A stretch of DNA of 64,000 nucleotides from Paragordius varius (Eukaryota > Animalia > Nematomorpha): NCBI GenBank assembly GCA_964247055.1, contig OZ176056.1:3534001-3598000 (forward strand), read 5' to 3'. Below are positions 11,201 through 24,225 of this stretch, one piece after another. Position 1 is the stretch's first letter; the number at the start of each line of letters is the position of its first letter. The position numbers were made by a program, and so were the translations under genes. The notes beneath the pieces were generated by a model. The model saw only the letters and a program-made list of their open reading frames with translations, was not told where the DNA came from and made no database searches.

Positions 11201-13818
11201 GTGAAGGCAACATACCACAACTTGAAGATGTGTCAAGATTTTTACATGGTAACCAAGCATATTTTTTAAAAAAATATATTCTGAATAAGATTATAATTTT
11301 TAAACAAAACATAAATAAAATATTTTTCAGATTGTACTGGTTTCACTTTACGTCCAGTTTCTGGGTTACTTTCTAGTCGTGATTTTTTGGCCGGACTGGC
11401 TTTTAGAGTATTTAATTGCACGCAATACATTCGCCATCATTCTGTACCAACATATACACCAGAACCGTAAGATTTAATTTTAAATTTGCAAGCTACAAAT
11501 ATAATGTTTTGAAGTCATTTTTCCATACGTTAAAAAATATATATTGATTTTTTATGTAGCAAGGATTATCAAAGCCTTTTTTATCACGGCATAATTTTAA
11601 TGCTGATTTTTGTTTCATTAAAAAACGGTATGAACAAAATTGTTTCGGATTATTTATTTTTCGATTCTAATTTTATAATTATAAAAATTTAACATATTTT
11701 TTTTACAATGTGCTAATCATCATTTTTTCATTTGGATATTCATTTGTTTTTTTAGATAGTCATTTATTAATCTTACTGTATATATTGCAAAATACTGTAT
11801 ATTACAATGCTAAATTTATTCAATACAAATTGTTGCATAAAAAAAGGTAGCAAATAAGATATAGAAATATAAAAATGGACTCCCTAGTTTGTTCAAAAAA
11901 GCTTGTTTTCGATTCTATGGTTTTAATCCCGATCCTAGTTAAACATTTTAAGCGATCTTCATACAATATAATTTAGAGGATAAAATTCGATATATTTTTA
12001 CAAAACATATATATTTTTTAGAGACGTGTGTCACGAGTTATTGGGACATGTGCCGTTGTTTGCTGACCCCAATTTTGCCCAATTTTCGCAAGAAATTGGA
12101 TTGGCTTCTTTGGGTGTTTCCGATGAATACATTACACGCCTGTCAACTGTAAGTAATTAAATGGCTAATATAAAATTTTTAAATTTATATATTTATATTT
12201 GGAAAATGTATTTTAACGTTGAGTCTAAAATAGTAGACATCTGTATTTCGATATGCTTTAATTATCTAGTGTTATTGGTTTACAGTGGAATTTGGCATAT
12301 GTCGTCAAAACGGTTTAATGAAGGCATATGGAGCGGGAATTTTATCTTCTACAGGAGAATTGCAAGTTATAAATCTTTTTCAATAAAGAATCTACAAAAA
12401 AAAGTCGATTTAAAATCCAATTTTAATTTATAAGCATCGAGCTTTCAAAAAGAAGCTTCTTTTTCAGAGTTTTACTGCGTAATTTAGCCTATTTTTTTGA
12501 TCTACAAATTTTTTTATATTACTTTCTCGTCCTTTAAACCACCAAAGTATTATATATATACTCTTTCCAAACATAATAAGATTTTTTTATATTAGTATGC
12601 CTTGTCTGAGAAACCAGAAATACGCCCCTTCGAGCCAATAAATACAGCTGTTCAGCCATATCCCATAACATCGTATCAACCTGTTTATTATTATACGGAA
12701 AGTTTCCAAGATGCCAAGGAAAAACTTGTGTAATTATTTCCGCAATAATTGAAAATTATTTGGTTTTATTTAAATAAACTCCTATAAATACAAAAATTAT
12801 TATACAAACAATATTTAAAACATAAGGACAAGTTTATTTAGGCAACTATACTTTTCAAAACTTAATTTTATTAAATATGACTTATCTTTTTGGGTTGCAG
12901 AATAACGAATAGAAACATAAATTGGTCCACTCAATTAGACATTCAAAATAGGAATTAAATAGTTTATGTGGATCAAGGTTTAAATAATAGAGAGTTTTTA
13001 CATTTTGTCAGTATAATTTTTCTTTTACAACCATACTTTTCCATTTTTTTAATATAGTGCTTATGCGGCTTCAATACCGAGAGATTTTAGCGTACGCTAC
13101 AATCCCTACACCCAAAACATTGAAATTTTAAACAATACCGATAACCTTAACGCCTTGATAAATGATATAAAATGTAATTTGCAATTATTTTTTAATTTAC
13201 AAGTAATCATCAAGATTGTATAAAAGTTTGTATCCAATCAAATCACTTTTCATCCCTATTGTGTGGTCTTATGAAAATTTTAAGCTTTAGTCCGGTACTA
13301 CAAATAATAAGTCCTAAATTATATTTGGCCTTTTATTATAAGCTTAGTGGTAACATCAATTACATGTATTTACGAGATGTCCTTATTTAAATATACCGAT
13401 TAGCAGCTTGTAATTATATTTAATTGGTGATACCAACAAGACTATATTTCTTAACAATTTGCCATTATAAATAATTCTTGGAACTTGTAATTCAGTATTT
13501 AATATAATATAGAAGGTAATAGGATAGTGGTTCATAGTGTATATATTTCACAATTTTTTCCATCACCACTGTAAAATTTGACCAGGCATGGTTAAAATTT
13601 CATGGCTCAAAAGTCTTAAATTAATCGAAATCGTGCCTTATTGTTATAGTAAAACACATTTCGTTCAATATAAATTTTATCAAAAAATTGCATTAAAAAA
13701 TATAAATAATATGGAAATTGATAGACCAAAGATTTTTTACCATACTTTGTAATCATTGATATTTTTTATTTTAGGGGAATTGCAAACATTACAACATGCC
13801 TTGCCCAATTTGGTGTAA
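5260..13818 (+). CDS. PAH: Phenylalanine 4-hydroxylase (biopterin-dependent aromatic amino acid hydroxylase, Henna/PAH type), 13 coding exons, ~546 aa
   Basis: Exons 5260-5304, 5609-5686, 6541-7048, 8979-9070, 9189-9256, 10950-11000, 11103-11248, 11331-11466, 12022-12148, 12270-12365, 12596-12729, 13058-13173, 13775-13818; all GT-AG, 1641 nt, in frame. Motifs: ACT domain ([31 protein letters not shown]), [41 protein letters not shown] (Fe-binding His), [23 protein letters not shown] rather than YFF argues against TPH; no Asp at the TH D425-equivalent site argues against TH. Most intron positions and phases match human PAH. Exon 1 is the least certain; an in-frame ATG at 5597 is an alternative start. 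Confidence 0.95.
5340..5590. mobile_element. Small MITE-like inverted-repeat element in PAH intron 1
   Basis: cagacaaaactaaaaaacaaatg (~5358) and gtctgtttttacattttgtccggaaaatttc (~5550) are inverted and resemble the arms at 9300-9530 and 10790-10900. Confidence 0.45.
7272..7529. mobile_element. Nested short MITE with CAGAGGCGTAGCT...AGCTATGCCA terminal inverted repeats
   Basis: GC-richer 258-bp insert that splits a motif contiguous in other FB-A copies (ctccatatcagaa|aatggcaaattt). Confidence 0.6.
7950..8260. mobile_element. MITE with inverted arms of 21-bp tandem repeats (CAATTCAAATTCACCCTTGAA)
   Basis: Direct repeats at ~7965-8020 and inverted copies at ~8175-8250. The same family is at 51155-51492 and, as a left arm only, at 52295-52370. 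Confidence 0.7.
9610..10760 (+). mobile_element. ~1.1 kb non-autonomous interspersed repeat in PAH intron 5 (copy 1), flanked by nested inverted arms at ~9300-9540 and ~10785-10900
   Basis: Colinear degenerate direct copy at 22985-23995; shared blocks include ccattcttgta..., ttcgcgcgtttgtcgct and tgataaagagggcgcataatcaaaaaa. Confidence 0.75.
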
Positions 13819-13994
13819 TCAGCCGTTTTTAAAACTGCAATTTATAAATATTTATTTATATAATTTATACAATTTACAATTTATATTAGTAAAATATTAA
13901 TAAATATTATTCTTTTTGTAATTATGCATGAGTTGGTATTGCTAAAATATTTAGTAAAATAAGTAACTGAACATCTTCAAAAAATAATTTGATC

Positions 13995-14252
13995 TATGAC
14001 CCTGTAGCAGCCGCACTTTTGACTCAAAATATCGTCGGGCCATAAGCCCTTTAATTATATTATTGCATTTCAAACATAAGACTGTAAAATTTAAACACAA
14101 TATTACAATTTTTTTAAGTTAGTAGCCAAATAGACTAAATCAGAAAATTTGATTAAGAAATATTAATCTAAAGTTTTATAAGCATATTTTCGCAAATTAT
14201 GGATAGTGAGCCACATATAATATATCGGCGGGCCGCAAGTTGGACACACCTG
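13995..14252. mobile_element. hAT-type (Charlie/Buster-like) MITE just downstream of PAH
   Basis: Right end GCGGGCCGCAAGTTGGACACACCTG is the typical CAGGGGTGTCCAACTTGCGGCCCG terminus reversed; left end degraded. Relatives at 25935-26215, 30368-30627, ~34470, 52570-52740, 54760-54990 and 57090-57310. Confidence 0.6.
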
Positions 14253-16329
14253 TCTTATAGCGTATTAATGTTTGTGCCTAAAAAATGGATCTGACTAATT
14301 TATTTAAACGGTTATCTCTTTAAGATCAGGATTCATGCTCTAAAATGCATTCGACAGCATAAAACAATCAAAATTTTTGAGGATACAACTCGAAAAATAT
14401 GAAAAATGGTGTAAAATATAACATAATTCCATTCATTTGGCTCCTACCATTGATCTTGTGCCTTGCTTTTCATATAAGGCCCTAATTTTTGAATTATAAA
14501 AGGGATTATATACCCTCGCTCTCTTAATCCAAAATTAAAAAAATTAAATTATAAAAAATTTAATACATATATTTTTTTAAAAAAGGGCTATGATGCACAT
14601 GATGACCTATAGATATTTCCTACAATAGGGATTATTATGGGGAGATGGGTCTTTGTAAAAAAAAGCGAGTACAAAATTAGTATTAATGCAATATACACTT
14701 CAACTTTCCAGAAACTTTGGCTCATTTAAATTGTAAAATGTAAAAATTTTAAATTATAAATAATGGGGCTGTCGACAACTTTTTTAAATTAACCCCTCAA
14801 TTAAGTTCTAATGTATTTATATTACTTAAAAAAATGTACTGTGACATGTTCCAAAATTATAGATATATTTTGAATCTTATTTTTATTCATTTTTAATAAT
14901 TAAAAGCATGCTTTTATTATATAATATAAGGATTCAAAACCTAGCTCATAAATTATCGCAATTAATTAAAGAATAGGTATTCTTGTAATAATCATCAAAA
15001 TTATGAACAATCAGAGTAAATTTACGGTATTATAGCTTTTCCAAATTGAAAGTTTTTCGAACCAGATCCATTGTTTTTTTGTTCATTTTTATTAGATATA
15101 TCTACCAAAAAATTTTGATAATAATACCGAATATTTTTAGGCTATTTTTAATGCTAACGTATATATATATATACTTTTAAATCCATTTAAGATTGCGGTT
15201 TCTGTTTTTGAACGCTTCTTCAAATTTTGATTTTTTTAAACTTCAACTTCAAAAATCGATATACAGCTTCGAGGATTAATAGTCTAAATTTTTATGTCAA
15301 TTAAAGGTTTAAAAAATAATTATATACATAGACTCTAAGTATATTTAAAAAATGATGCTATTTTGCCATACAATAGTATTGATACCAGCATTTATTTAAG
15401 AAATTTAGGTTTTTTATTTGGTTGGGCCATATGTCTAAATGGCGGCTTATTCAGGAATTTCTCTCTTTGATGTTAGTATATCTAATTTTCTAAAATAATT
15501 AATCAATTTTATATACAAAACAAACACTAAATAACTCACATATGCCTCTTTATCAAGCTAATTTATCATTGATAAGACCTTTTAAATACTAAAATAAAAA
15601 TTATTAAAGTTAAAAATTGCATAAAAATTTTATCATATGATCTTCTATATATTCCATTTTATAAGATCAAGTTACCTAACCAATCTTTTAACAAAGTGTG
15701 TCACATGTCTAATTGTATTTTAACTTGTGTGCATTTTATGAGGTCAAAATGAAATCCCTAAAATATTATTTAAGGTGTTTCCGGAAAAATAAAATTCATT
15801 AAAATAAAATTCTTAACAAAAATTTAACGGTTTTTTAAATGCCTTAATAAATATTGTTTTATATACTTAACTAATTTTTTTAATTTATTAGCTAATAAAA
15901 TTTTTTAATTAACAGATGGGCTGTGGATTCTGATTGTTAATATAAATTAAATCCTTCATTATCCAAAATTATTTAATTATATATATATATCGTAATTAGC
16001 GGCACAATGACCTAATTTAACTGTAAAGACCTTCTGTGAACCACAATGCATATAAAATACCAAATTTTAGCTTTAAAACCACTAAATATAAAGAATTCTT
16101 ATGGATCTGTCAAGAGAAGGTATCTTCAAATCCGGCGGGCTGCTCGAAAAATATAATTGGATTAAAAGCTATTTATTAGATTTCAAACGATAAACTGTTA
16201 AAAAATATACCAGCATGTTGTAAATGCTATTTATTTCACCATCCATTTGTACTAGTTCGTTACCAAAATTTGTAAAAACGTTATTTAGAATTAAATATGT
16301 TTTACAAATATCAAATTTAAAAACGTTGC

Positions 16330-17420
16330 TTAATTTTTGCAATTTTTCCGCAAACAGTCTTGTTATTACCGGTTTAACTAAAAGGAGACGTCAAAGAAAA
16401 GTATGCAGACGATTGATACATATCCCATTTTATTTATCTGATTTTAAACGAAGTTGGATTCTTATTTTTGCAATAATTATGTCAAATATGCCTGAAAAAA
16501 GAACATTTGGAGTAAGCATTGCCATCAGAAGGAAAAGGCTGTTGAAAGTTATCGTTTGCATTGGCAAAACATATACAGAACATGCTCTATCGATCGACAC
16601 ATGAAAAACAGGGTTTCGATACATTAAAAGTTGAGATGTTTTCATGTAAAAAATGTAGGTTTAACAACTTCAATAAGGAAAAGAACAAGAATTAGATGAT
16701 GATTCAACTCCAACTTAACAACAATTGGCCTAAGCATTGTATGTATCACCAAAAGCAATCAAAGGATGGCTACAAGCAATTGAAAAGACCAACAAATACG
16801 CTAAATGGGTAAAATCGGATAGTCACTAATCCTGCTTTAACGTGAAAAATATTATTTTTGCATGTGAGAAATGATATTAAATCCAACAAGAAAATCTTGG
16901 TTTTCTGGTCAATTCTAAATCCCAATCGTTTCTGCAAGAAGACAATGCTCTGCATCTGGTAATACCAGAGCGATAGAGTAATATGAACTTTTGAAACCAG
17001 AAATGAAACCGTTGTTAAACGCTAGTGCCAATAAATGATTAATTTAAACAATTGATTAATCGAAAAACGATGGAATCGGTCTAAGGTAAAGCGATTTTGA
17101 TACGTGACAATTACCCATCTCACAACAGCAAAACCAGTCAAGAAAATAAATCACTATGGGAATTTCTTTGACATACGCTTACGCTATACTCTCCCCACCT
17201 GACATTTGACTAAAACTTCGCATTGATCGGGCATATCCTGGCAGATCAGCACTTAAATAATTTCAAAGACGTTGGAAAGTGGATTCATCAGTTTCTCTGG
17301 CACGGCATTGATATATTACCTCAGAGGTGTGCGAGAATTTAGAATAAAAACATAAAATATCCTTTTAAAACTGTATGTTTTTATCAAAAAACCGACAAAA
17401 ATTTAAGACTACACATGCTA
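16330..17420 (+). mobile_element. Decayed Mos1-like mariner transposon
   Basis: ATG 16479 MSNMPEK..; fragments PNRFCKKTMLCIW..YELLKP match Mos1 PNRFGKKTMLCVWWDQSGVIYYELLKP. 3' TIR-like aaaccgacaaaaatttaagactacacatgcta at ~17390-17420. Many stops. Confidence 0.85.
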
Positions 17421-18157
17421 TAACGTCTCCTAAGAATCTTTAAAAAACTTTTGCATAATGCTGGTCAAATGAGATTTTAAATAAAGATTTTAAATATATT
17501 TCTCAAGTCCCTAATATAAAACGCCTTTGAATTAATTCCTCACAATGGAAATTTCTATTTTAATATATTTTTTAATAAAGTTTAAAATTACCAACACTTT
17601 AAATGAAAATAAATTGCTGTTAAAGTGTGTCAGATGTGTATATATATAAAATGCATTATTTTCGAGACGCCAGATTAAATTTCATATTTTTAGGTATTTT
17701 ATAATTTCCGGACAAACTATGTATATATAAATAAAAAATATATTAATTTATTATATTAATAATAATACAATATTATTAAATTAAACACGCATTTGATATC
17801 AATGGCAATATAAATGTTTGTGTAAAAGACATTTTAACGTACATTTCAAAATAAAGGTAAAACATAATAAATAAAAAATAGGGATCTATTGATTGATTAT
17901 TAATTAATTTAAAAAACAAAAATTTGAATTTTCTAACTCTCAAACCTATTGCGTAAATTAGGTAAAAAAAACTTTAAATAAAAAATATTTGGCTAAAATA
18001 CAAACTAATATATTCATAAACATTGCAAACATTTGTTGTCAAATAGAAATACATTCTTCTAATATAAAGAAAAGATTCTAATAATGTACAAAAGTGACTA
18101 TATTTTCCAAATATAAATAATTCAAATATTTGGGCTGCCATATATCGTTTGTTTTAT

Positions 18158-20769
18158 TTAAGTAGGCGGAGGAACCGTACAATCCATCATCAAAGAATTC
18201 AATTTGTTTTCAAGTGTTGCTTTTCCAGAACATTCCATAAAATTCTCTAAGGTCTGTTTGCTATTAATAAAGGAGGTTTGGGGTTGACAAAGGTTGTGAA
18301 AGGACATCAGTTTGGCATTTTCTAATGTATGAGGGCGAAACATTGAAGATTTTTTGATTGGAAAGAAATCTATAAGGTGGAAAAAATAGAAAATATTAAT
18401 TATAATTAAATAAAAGTAAGTGTGATTCATATGTCACTTAAAACTAAATTTATAATAAACATAAACTCTAACTCATATATAAGGAGGTTAAAATACTATT
18501 AATCGTTACTAATTATAACTATTGATTAATTCTATTAACACTACATTTAATGGTTCCAACACTACTCCTCAAATTTAAGAGTTAATATATAAAGGAATAA
18601 TTTCGGTAATTAAATATGTATATACACATATAAAATAATAATTAATAATCATAAAATTTTATGATCCATAAAATATTATATATATATACATTAATAAAAA
18701 TTGATTTTACAGGTTTAAAAGGAACAAAGAAAGGTGCGTGTGATGTGAACATAGATATTCCCATATATATAATTATTTTTATAATAAAAAAGGGAGGACA
18801 TTCAAACATTTTATATAAGTCAGAGTCAAATATATAATTATAATGAGAACGTTTGTTAAAAAAATCATTAAAATTAATTACATCGTTTAGGCGCGTATAC
18901 TTGTTTGATGGGAAAATTTGAAAATCGATTTCTGAGAAAATACATTTTCTTCAAACACATAGTGTATAATTATAATTATGTTTAAGGTATTATCAATGAA
19001 AGTAATAAGGGTTTATTGAAGCAAAAAAACCTTATAAAATTAATAGATTAAAGGGTATGTATCCCTTTATAAAAATGTAATTAATTTAGGGCTCTAAAAG
19101 AATATATATATATATATATATATATAATTCCGAAATGCCATTTCTCTGCGTTGGTAAGAATATTTATTATTTTTACTTTTTTAATTGGATATTAACAGGT
19201 AATTAAATTGGAATAGGTGAATGCACACTTGCATGTGAAATATTGTAAGGCTTTGAAAAAATATATTTCGCATTTTTTGCAAAAACAAAAATGGTTTAAA
19301 AGGGTTCACTAAAGTTTTTAATTGTGTGTTAGGGGAGCCTTAAAGAATTATAAGCGCACTGATAATCCAACAAAATGCGAGTTATAACTTATATACTAAT
19401 AAATTTGTTTTGAATATTTTAATAACTGGAAGTATAACGTTAAGAGGTAAATGGCCCTTGTATATATAAACTTAGCAAAACTACAAACATAAATTTGGTA
19501 TATAATGTATGTACTTAAACTAATTTTTTTATCCTGTAAAAAATATATCATAAATATAAAGTTTATGAAAATGCACTAAAAATATGATGAATGATAGTGT
19601 AACTGTTTAGCATAAAAAACACACTCACACACGAGGTGAAAAAATATAACAAAGGATGAGAGTTGAGTTACGATGCAAAGTAGAGTTGGTTATATTGAAC
19701 TTTTTTTTAATATAAAATACATATATATATCTTATCTAGTTTTAACAATAACAATTAAAAATGTCATCAAGTTAAATGGCGCATCAAATATGTGCATAAT
19801 TTTATCTTTAAACAACGTTTTAAGTAATTGTATAATTATTAACATTAATTAGTACTTTTTGTATTTAATGAAAAAAATGAAATTATAAGTGAAAAGAACA
19901 TTCAAATAAAAACCTGTTATTTTGGATTGATAGGTGGTAGTTAAATTAGTTTTGTCAGCATTGATGTCATCACATTTTTCGCATTTCAAATTAAAACAAG
20001 GCATTCCTTCCAAGTGTTCCAATAAATTATCGGGTTTTGGGTCCAAATTTTTTCGATCGACCATAAGTAAATCGTCTGATAATTCAGCACGTGATTGCAA
20101 AGCAGACAATATTCTGCTATCTCCATTTTGAATATTTAAAGGCGTAGCAGGCTTACTTGAAAGTATTTGCGTATCATTATTTATAGAATTTAAATTCAAT
20201 CTGAGTAAAGAATTAAATCTATCAGTGGATTCAGCTATATGAAGAGGTGAGACATTTCTTCGAAAAGTTTTGCGTGGGGATGATGTTACAGTATTCGAAA
20301 TAATATTGTCAAATGTATTACTGTTGTTAATATGTAGGTTCACTCCAAACTTCCGTTTTACACAACGTTGCCATTGATAGGGACCAGGAAGAGGTTGTTC
20401 ACGCCGAAAATCAAAATTCCATTTATCACATTGAACCCTATTGAGTTGTTTAAACCGTAATAAAATCTCCTTTCTAAAATCTATGGAGGCTTTTAACGGA
20501 TTTTTCGGGTTCTGTTCGGTGTATAAATTAACTTTATTCGTAGATATGTTTGACACGTCTAAGGGCACTTCCTTCCCACCACCATGCGGGTTATCAAAAA
20601 GGAGTCGTCTTGCAGTTGAAGGTTTACTCGTGTACATTATGGGCGAAGCGTGATTTTTACCATTTTGTATTCCTAAATTATGGTATGGAGGATTGAATGT
20701 CATTGTATTGGTAGCTTCAGGATTTATCATAAAAAACATGGTTGAATGCTGAATTTTGATTCCATTCAT
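18158..20769 (-). CDS. Cip/Kip-family cyclin-dependent kinase inhibitor (p21/p27/Dacapo-like), 2 exons, ~355 aa
   Basis: Exon 1 20769-19914 (first ATG in the TTG-started ORF) has the cyclin-binding ARRLLFD and CDK-binding KWNFDFRREQPLPGPYQW motifs. A phase-1 GT-AG intron joins it to exon 2 18369-18158 (the 18158..18430 ORF), giving YQSKIT-D-FFPIKKSS. Confidence 0.9.
19103..19126. repeat. (TA)12 microsatellite in the CDK inhibitor intron
   Basis: Perfect TA dinucleotide run. Confidence 0.95.
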
Positions 20770-22984
20770 ATGGGCAATAATCAAAAAGAGAATACTTATA
20801 TATTATAGGATTATATGGATGATATTTGATCACTGAGCAGATTTTCGATAAAGGATAAATTTGAATTATAGTTTAGTGTACTTGTGCCTTCTTAGCCTAG
20901 ATTAAGTTACAAAATATAGTATAGGATGTAGTTTAATTTAAAACAGATATTGAAATTCAAATTTATGATAATTTTATAAAAATTTTACTATATGTGGATA
21001 CAATACGATCCATATGCATATAAAATAATCGTTATATGTGTACAATGTCTCATCAAAAAACGTTTTTTTTAAAACATAGACTTGAAAAAAAAGGTATATT
21101 TATTTAACCTTTATAATCCTGATTGTCCCTTTTGAGATTATAAAATAAAAATTATAGTAATACAACATAACGTCGTATAAAGTCTTGAAAAAAATCAATA
21201 TCGTTGGAAGTTGGTGTCAGAAAATACAATTTTCTTATCTTGTCCTTGCATCAAATATTAAAAATGACAAATATATAAGAAATTATTTTTTTCATAAAAC
21301 ATTCCCCAAAAAGCCGTTATAATATAAATATAAGTAAGATGTGTGTCCAAAATGAACTTTTAAATCATAAAAGCAAGTATTAATAATAAGGATAATTTCT
21401 GTTGCAAAAAAGGCATGTGCACATCCCTTCAATGTGTTTCTAATATATGTACAACAAAAAACCAAGCACAAATGAAATCAATACAACATGTTTCTCCTAA
21501 ATATAAATATATATTTTATAGCGTCCTTTTTTCCAATGCCCCCTTAAAATAAAAACAAATTATAAACGTAATGAAACAATGTATAAATTAGATGAATAAA
21601 TACCATAGGAAATTGGAATATATTATAGCTTGTGTCGTCCGTCCGTTAAATGATTAAAATTCCACAAATGTAAACTATGTATATATTATTATAGTTTGGG
21701 CCTTTTCCAAAAATATTCAAACGCGTTTTTAGATGATAATTAAAAAAAATGTGATGACGTAGACAACATTTATAAAATAAGATGCTTGAATAAACGCGTT
21801 TTAAAATTTGGGATTTTTGTCCATTTTTTTTTAAAATCGAATTATAATTAGGAATAATTAAAATTTTCTGGTTTCGAATAGTTTTTGACCGACAAAACTT
21901 GGGATTAATTTTCTTTGATTTGTTATTGCTTTAATGATTTATTATTTTGTTTGTTTTATAAATTAGACAAATTTGTAGTAAAAATATATTTGTATAAATA
22001 TAAGTTTTTACAAAAAATATATATGTATAGTAAAAAAAACTATAGAATTTACGTCAAAGTTTTGGAGTAATAATTTTAAGGCAAAAAAAATAAAATAACG
22101 TAAATAAAAACTATGGCTGCGATGTAATAATATGTTAAAAAATAAATATACTAATATCGTAAAAACAGCATGAATGCTTATGCGCATGTGCATAAGTAGA
22201 GTAACTGAAAAAAATTCTTGGAAAACTTTTTTACATTATTTTTAATCATTTTGTTCTCAAATAGAATTTATTTTTTTTATTTCTGTGAGTGTATAATTTT
22301 TGTTAAAAATTTATTGTTTTAAAATTAGGATTATCTGCTATAATTGAATGAATTTAATAAAGTGAATTATTTTTAATTACATGCAAAATCATTATATTTA
22401 AACGACCCTTGTAACTAACTTTGAACTTTCACATGTCTGTCCTGTGACTAGACACTTTTTTAAAAATATTACCTTATTTTTAAAATTAATAACACAATAC
22501 CTCTACCTTGTATAGAAATTTTAATTAATGTGTTAAATATAATTTCAAAATAACGGAAATATAAATTTGCGAAAGGATAATTATGAAAAACAAACAAAAT
22601 GAAATTTCTATCAGGAAGGAAGAACACATTTACCCAATCAACAATAATTGATTTGATTTGAAAAAATAATTAAAATACGTGAGAATATTTTATTATACCT
22701 TTATTCATCATTAATCTTAAGGTATCTTATCAATATTATACCCCCAACATTTTGATTCAAGTAAAAAGGAACGATATACTATGTAATTAACTATCAAGGG
22801 AATTCACATGCACTGAGATTAATTCATCTTTTAAATGATTAAACGGAATAGTGTAAATTGATATTTCAAAATCAAATAATTTTAATTATTAAAAAAGTAA
22901 TCAATTAGTTGTAACGCCCTAGTATATTATCTATCTATGAAGAATTTTAAGAATTTATACATTTCACTGGACAGACTTTTTTTG

Positions 22985-23995
22985 CCATTCTTGTATTTTT
23001 AAAATTAATTTCATTAAAGAACATATATAGTATAACTGAAAAAAATTGGTCTAACACCAATTTCTATTAGGGTTTATTGAAAAATTTTGACCCCGATTTA
23101 ACATGAAACTCGAAATTTTCAAAATTAAAAGTTTTAGATAAAGAACTACATATTTTATATCATTCGGAGCGCAAAAAATAAATCTTTTGAATGTAGTTAG
23201 TTCTTTAAAGCAATCTTATGTAAAGTTATTTCAGTTTATATGGTCAAAATTTTCGATCCCTAAATCAAAAATTTTCACAGGCCACCTAATTTAAAAATCA
23301 TATTAATTATTTTAATATAAATATGAGGGTAACAGAAGCAAAAATTCAAAATTTGAAAAATATTTTGGTTTTTTTGATAAATAGTATTACTTAAATGCAT
23401 AGTTATAATTGTAAATTTACATGATTATTGAAAAGATCAAATATACCTTAAACTTTGTTAGTCTTTGAAATCTTGAAATTCTAAGCTCCCTCAAGAAAAT
23501 AAATTAATATTGATGAGATGGTAATTTTCAAAAAACAAAAAACTTAAAAACTTAAAATAGCCGTTTTGAATGAGATAAAGCAATAATTAAGTGTTTAAAT
23601 TAAAAAAATATTATCTTTTTTGGACATTCATTGTCGTCTAGACGAAGTTTTAGCTATTTTCATCCATTAGTTTAAAAATATATTGATTAAAAAAACGCCC
23701 TTCGCGCGTTTGTCGCTTCCTGTGTCCTATACTAACTATCGAAGTAAAACATATTATATGCATTTTATAGAGTTTTTATTACTCTATCAAATGAATATTA
23801 CAAATGAGCATTTGTAATATATCAAAGAAAAACATTCTCTAGTAAAATTTTGATAAAGAGGGCACATAATCAAAAAAACATTATTTAAAATTCTTAGGTG
23901 GAATTATAATTTTTATTTCAGATTTACTGTTAAAGATAGTAACATCAGAAGATGCAAAAATGAGTGGCAGAAAAATTTGTGGTCTAGTGTTATTT
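22985..23995 (+). mobile_element. ~1 kb non-autonomous interspersed repeat (copy 2 of 9610-10760)
   Basis: Colinear similarity to the PAH intron 5 copy along its whole length. Confidence 0.75.
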
Positions 23996-24225
23996 TTGTA
24001 ATCTGAAATTTATCTTCATGAGACATACGTGAATAACTATTATTGAATTAATTTCATTAATAATTTTCCATATTTTGACTTTTTACGCATTATAAAAAAT
24101 ATCAACATAGATGCATTCAAGTTTACGGATTTTAAATTTTAAAACTTTATGTATCAAACAAAAATCATCTATTTAAAACTCTAGCACATTCATTGTGATT
24201 AAAAGATTTTATAATCTACGACAGT

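Noticed and set aside
19934-20653. ORFs 19934..20131 and 20441..20653, and ORFs 41981..42223, 42013..42207, 42482..42706, 42720..42905
   Set aside because: Shadow frames overlapping the CDK inhibitor and GPCR coding sequences; no independent signal.
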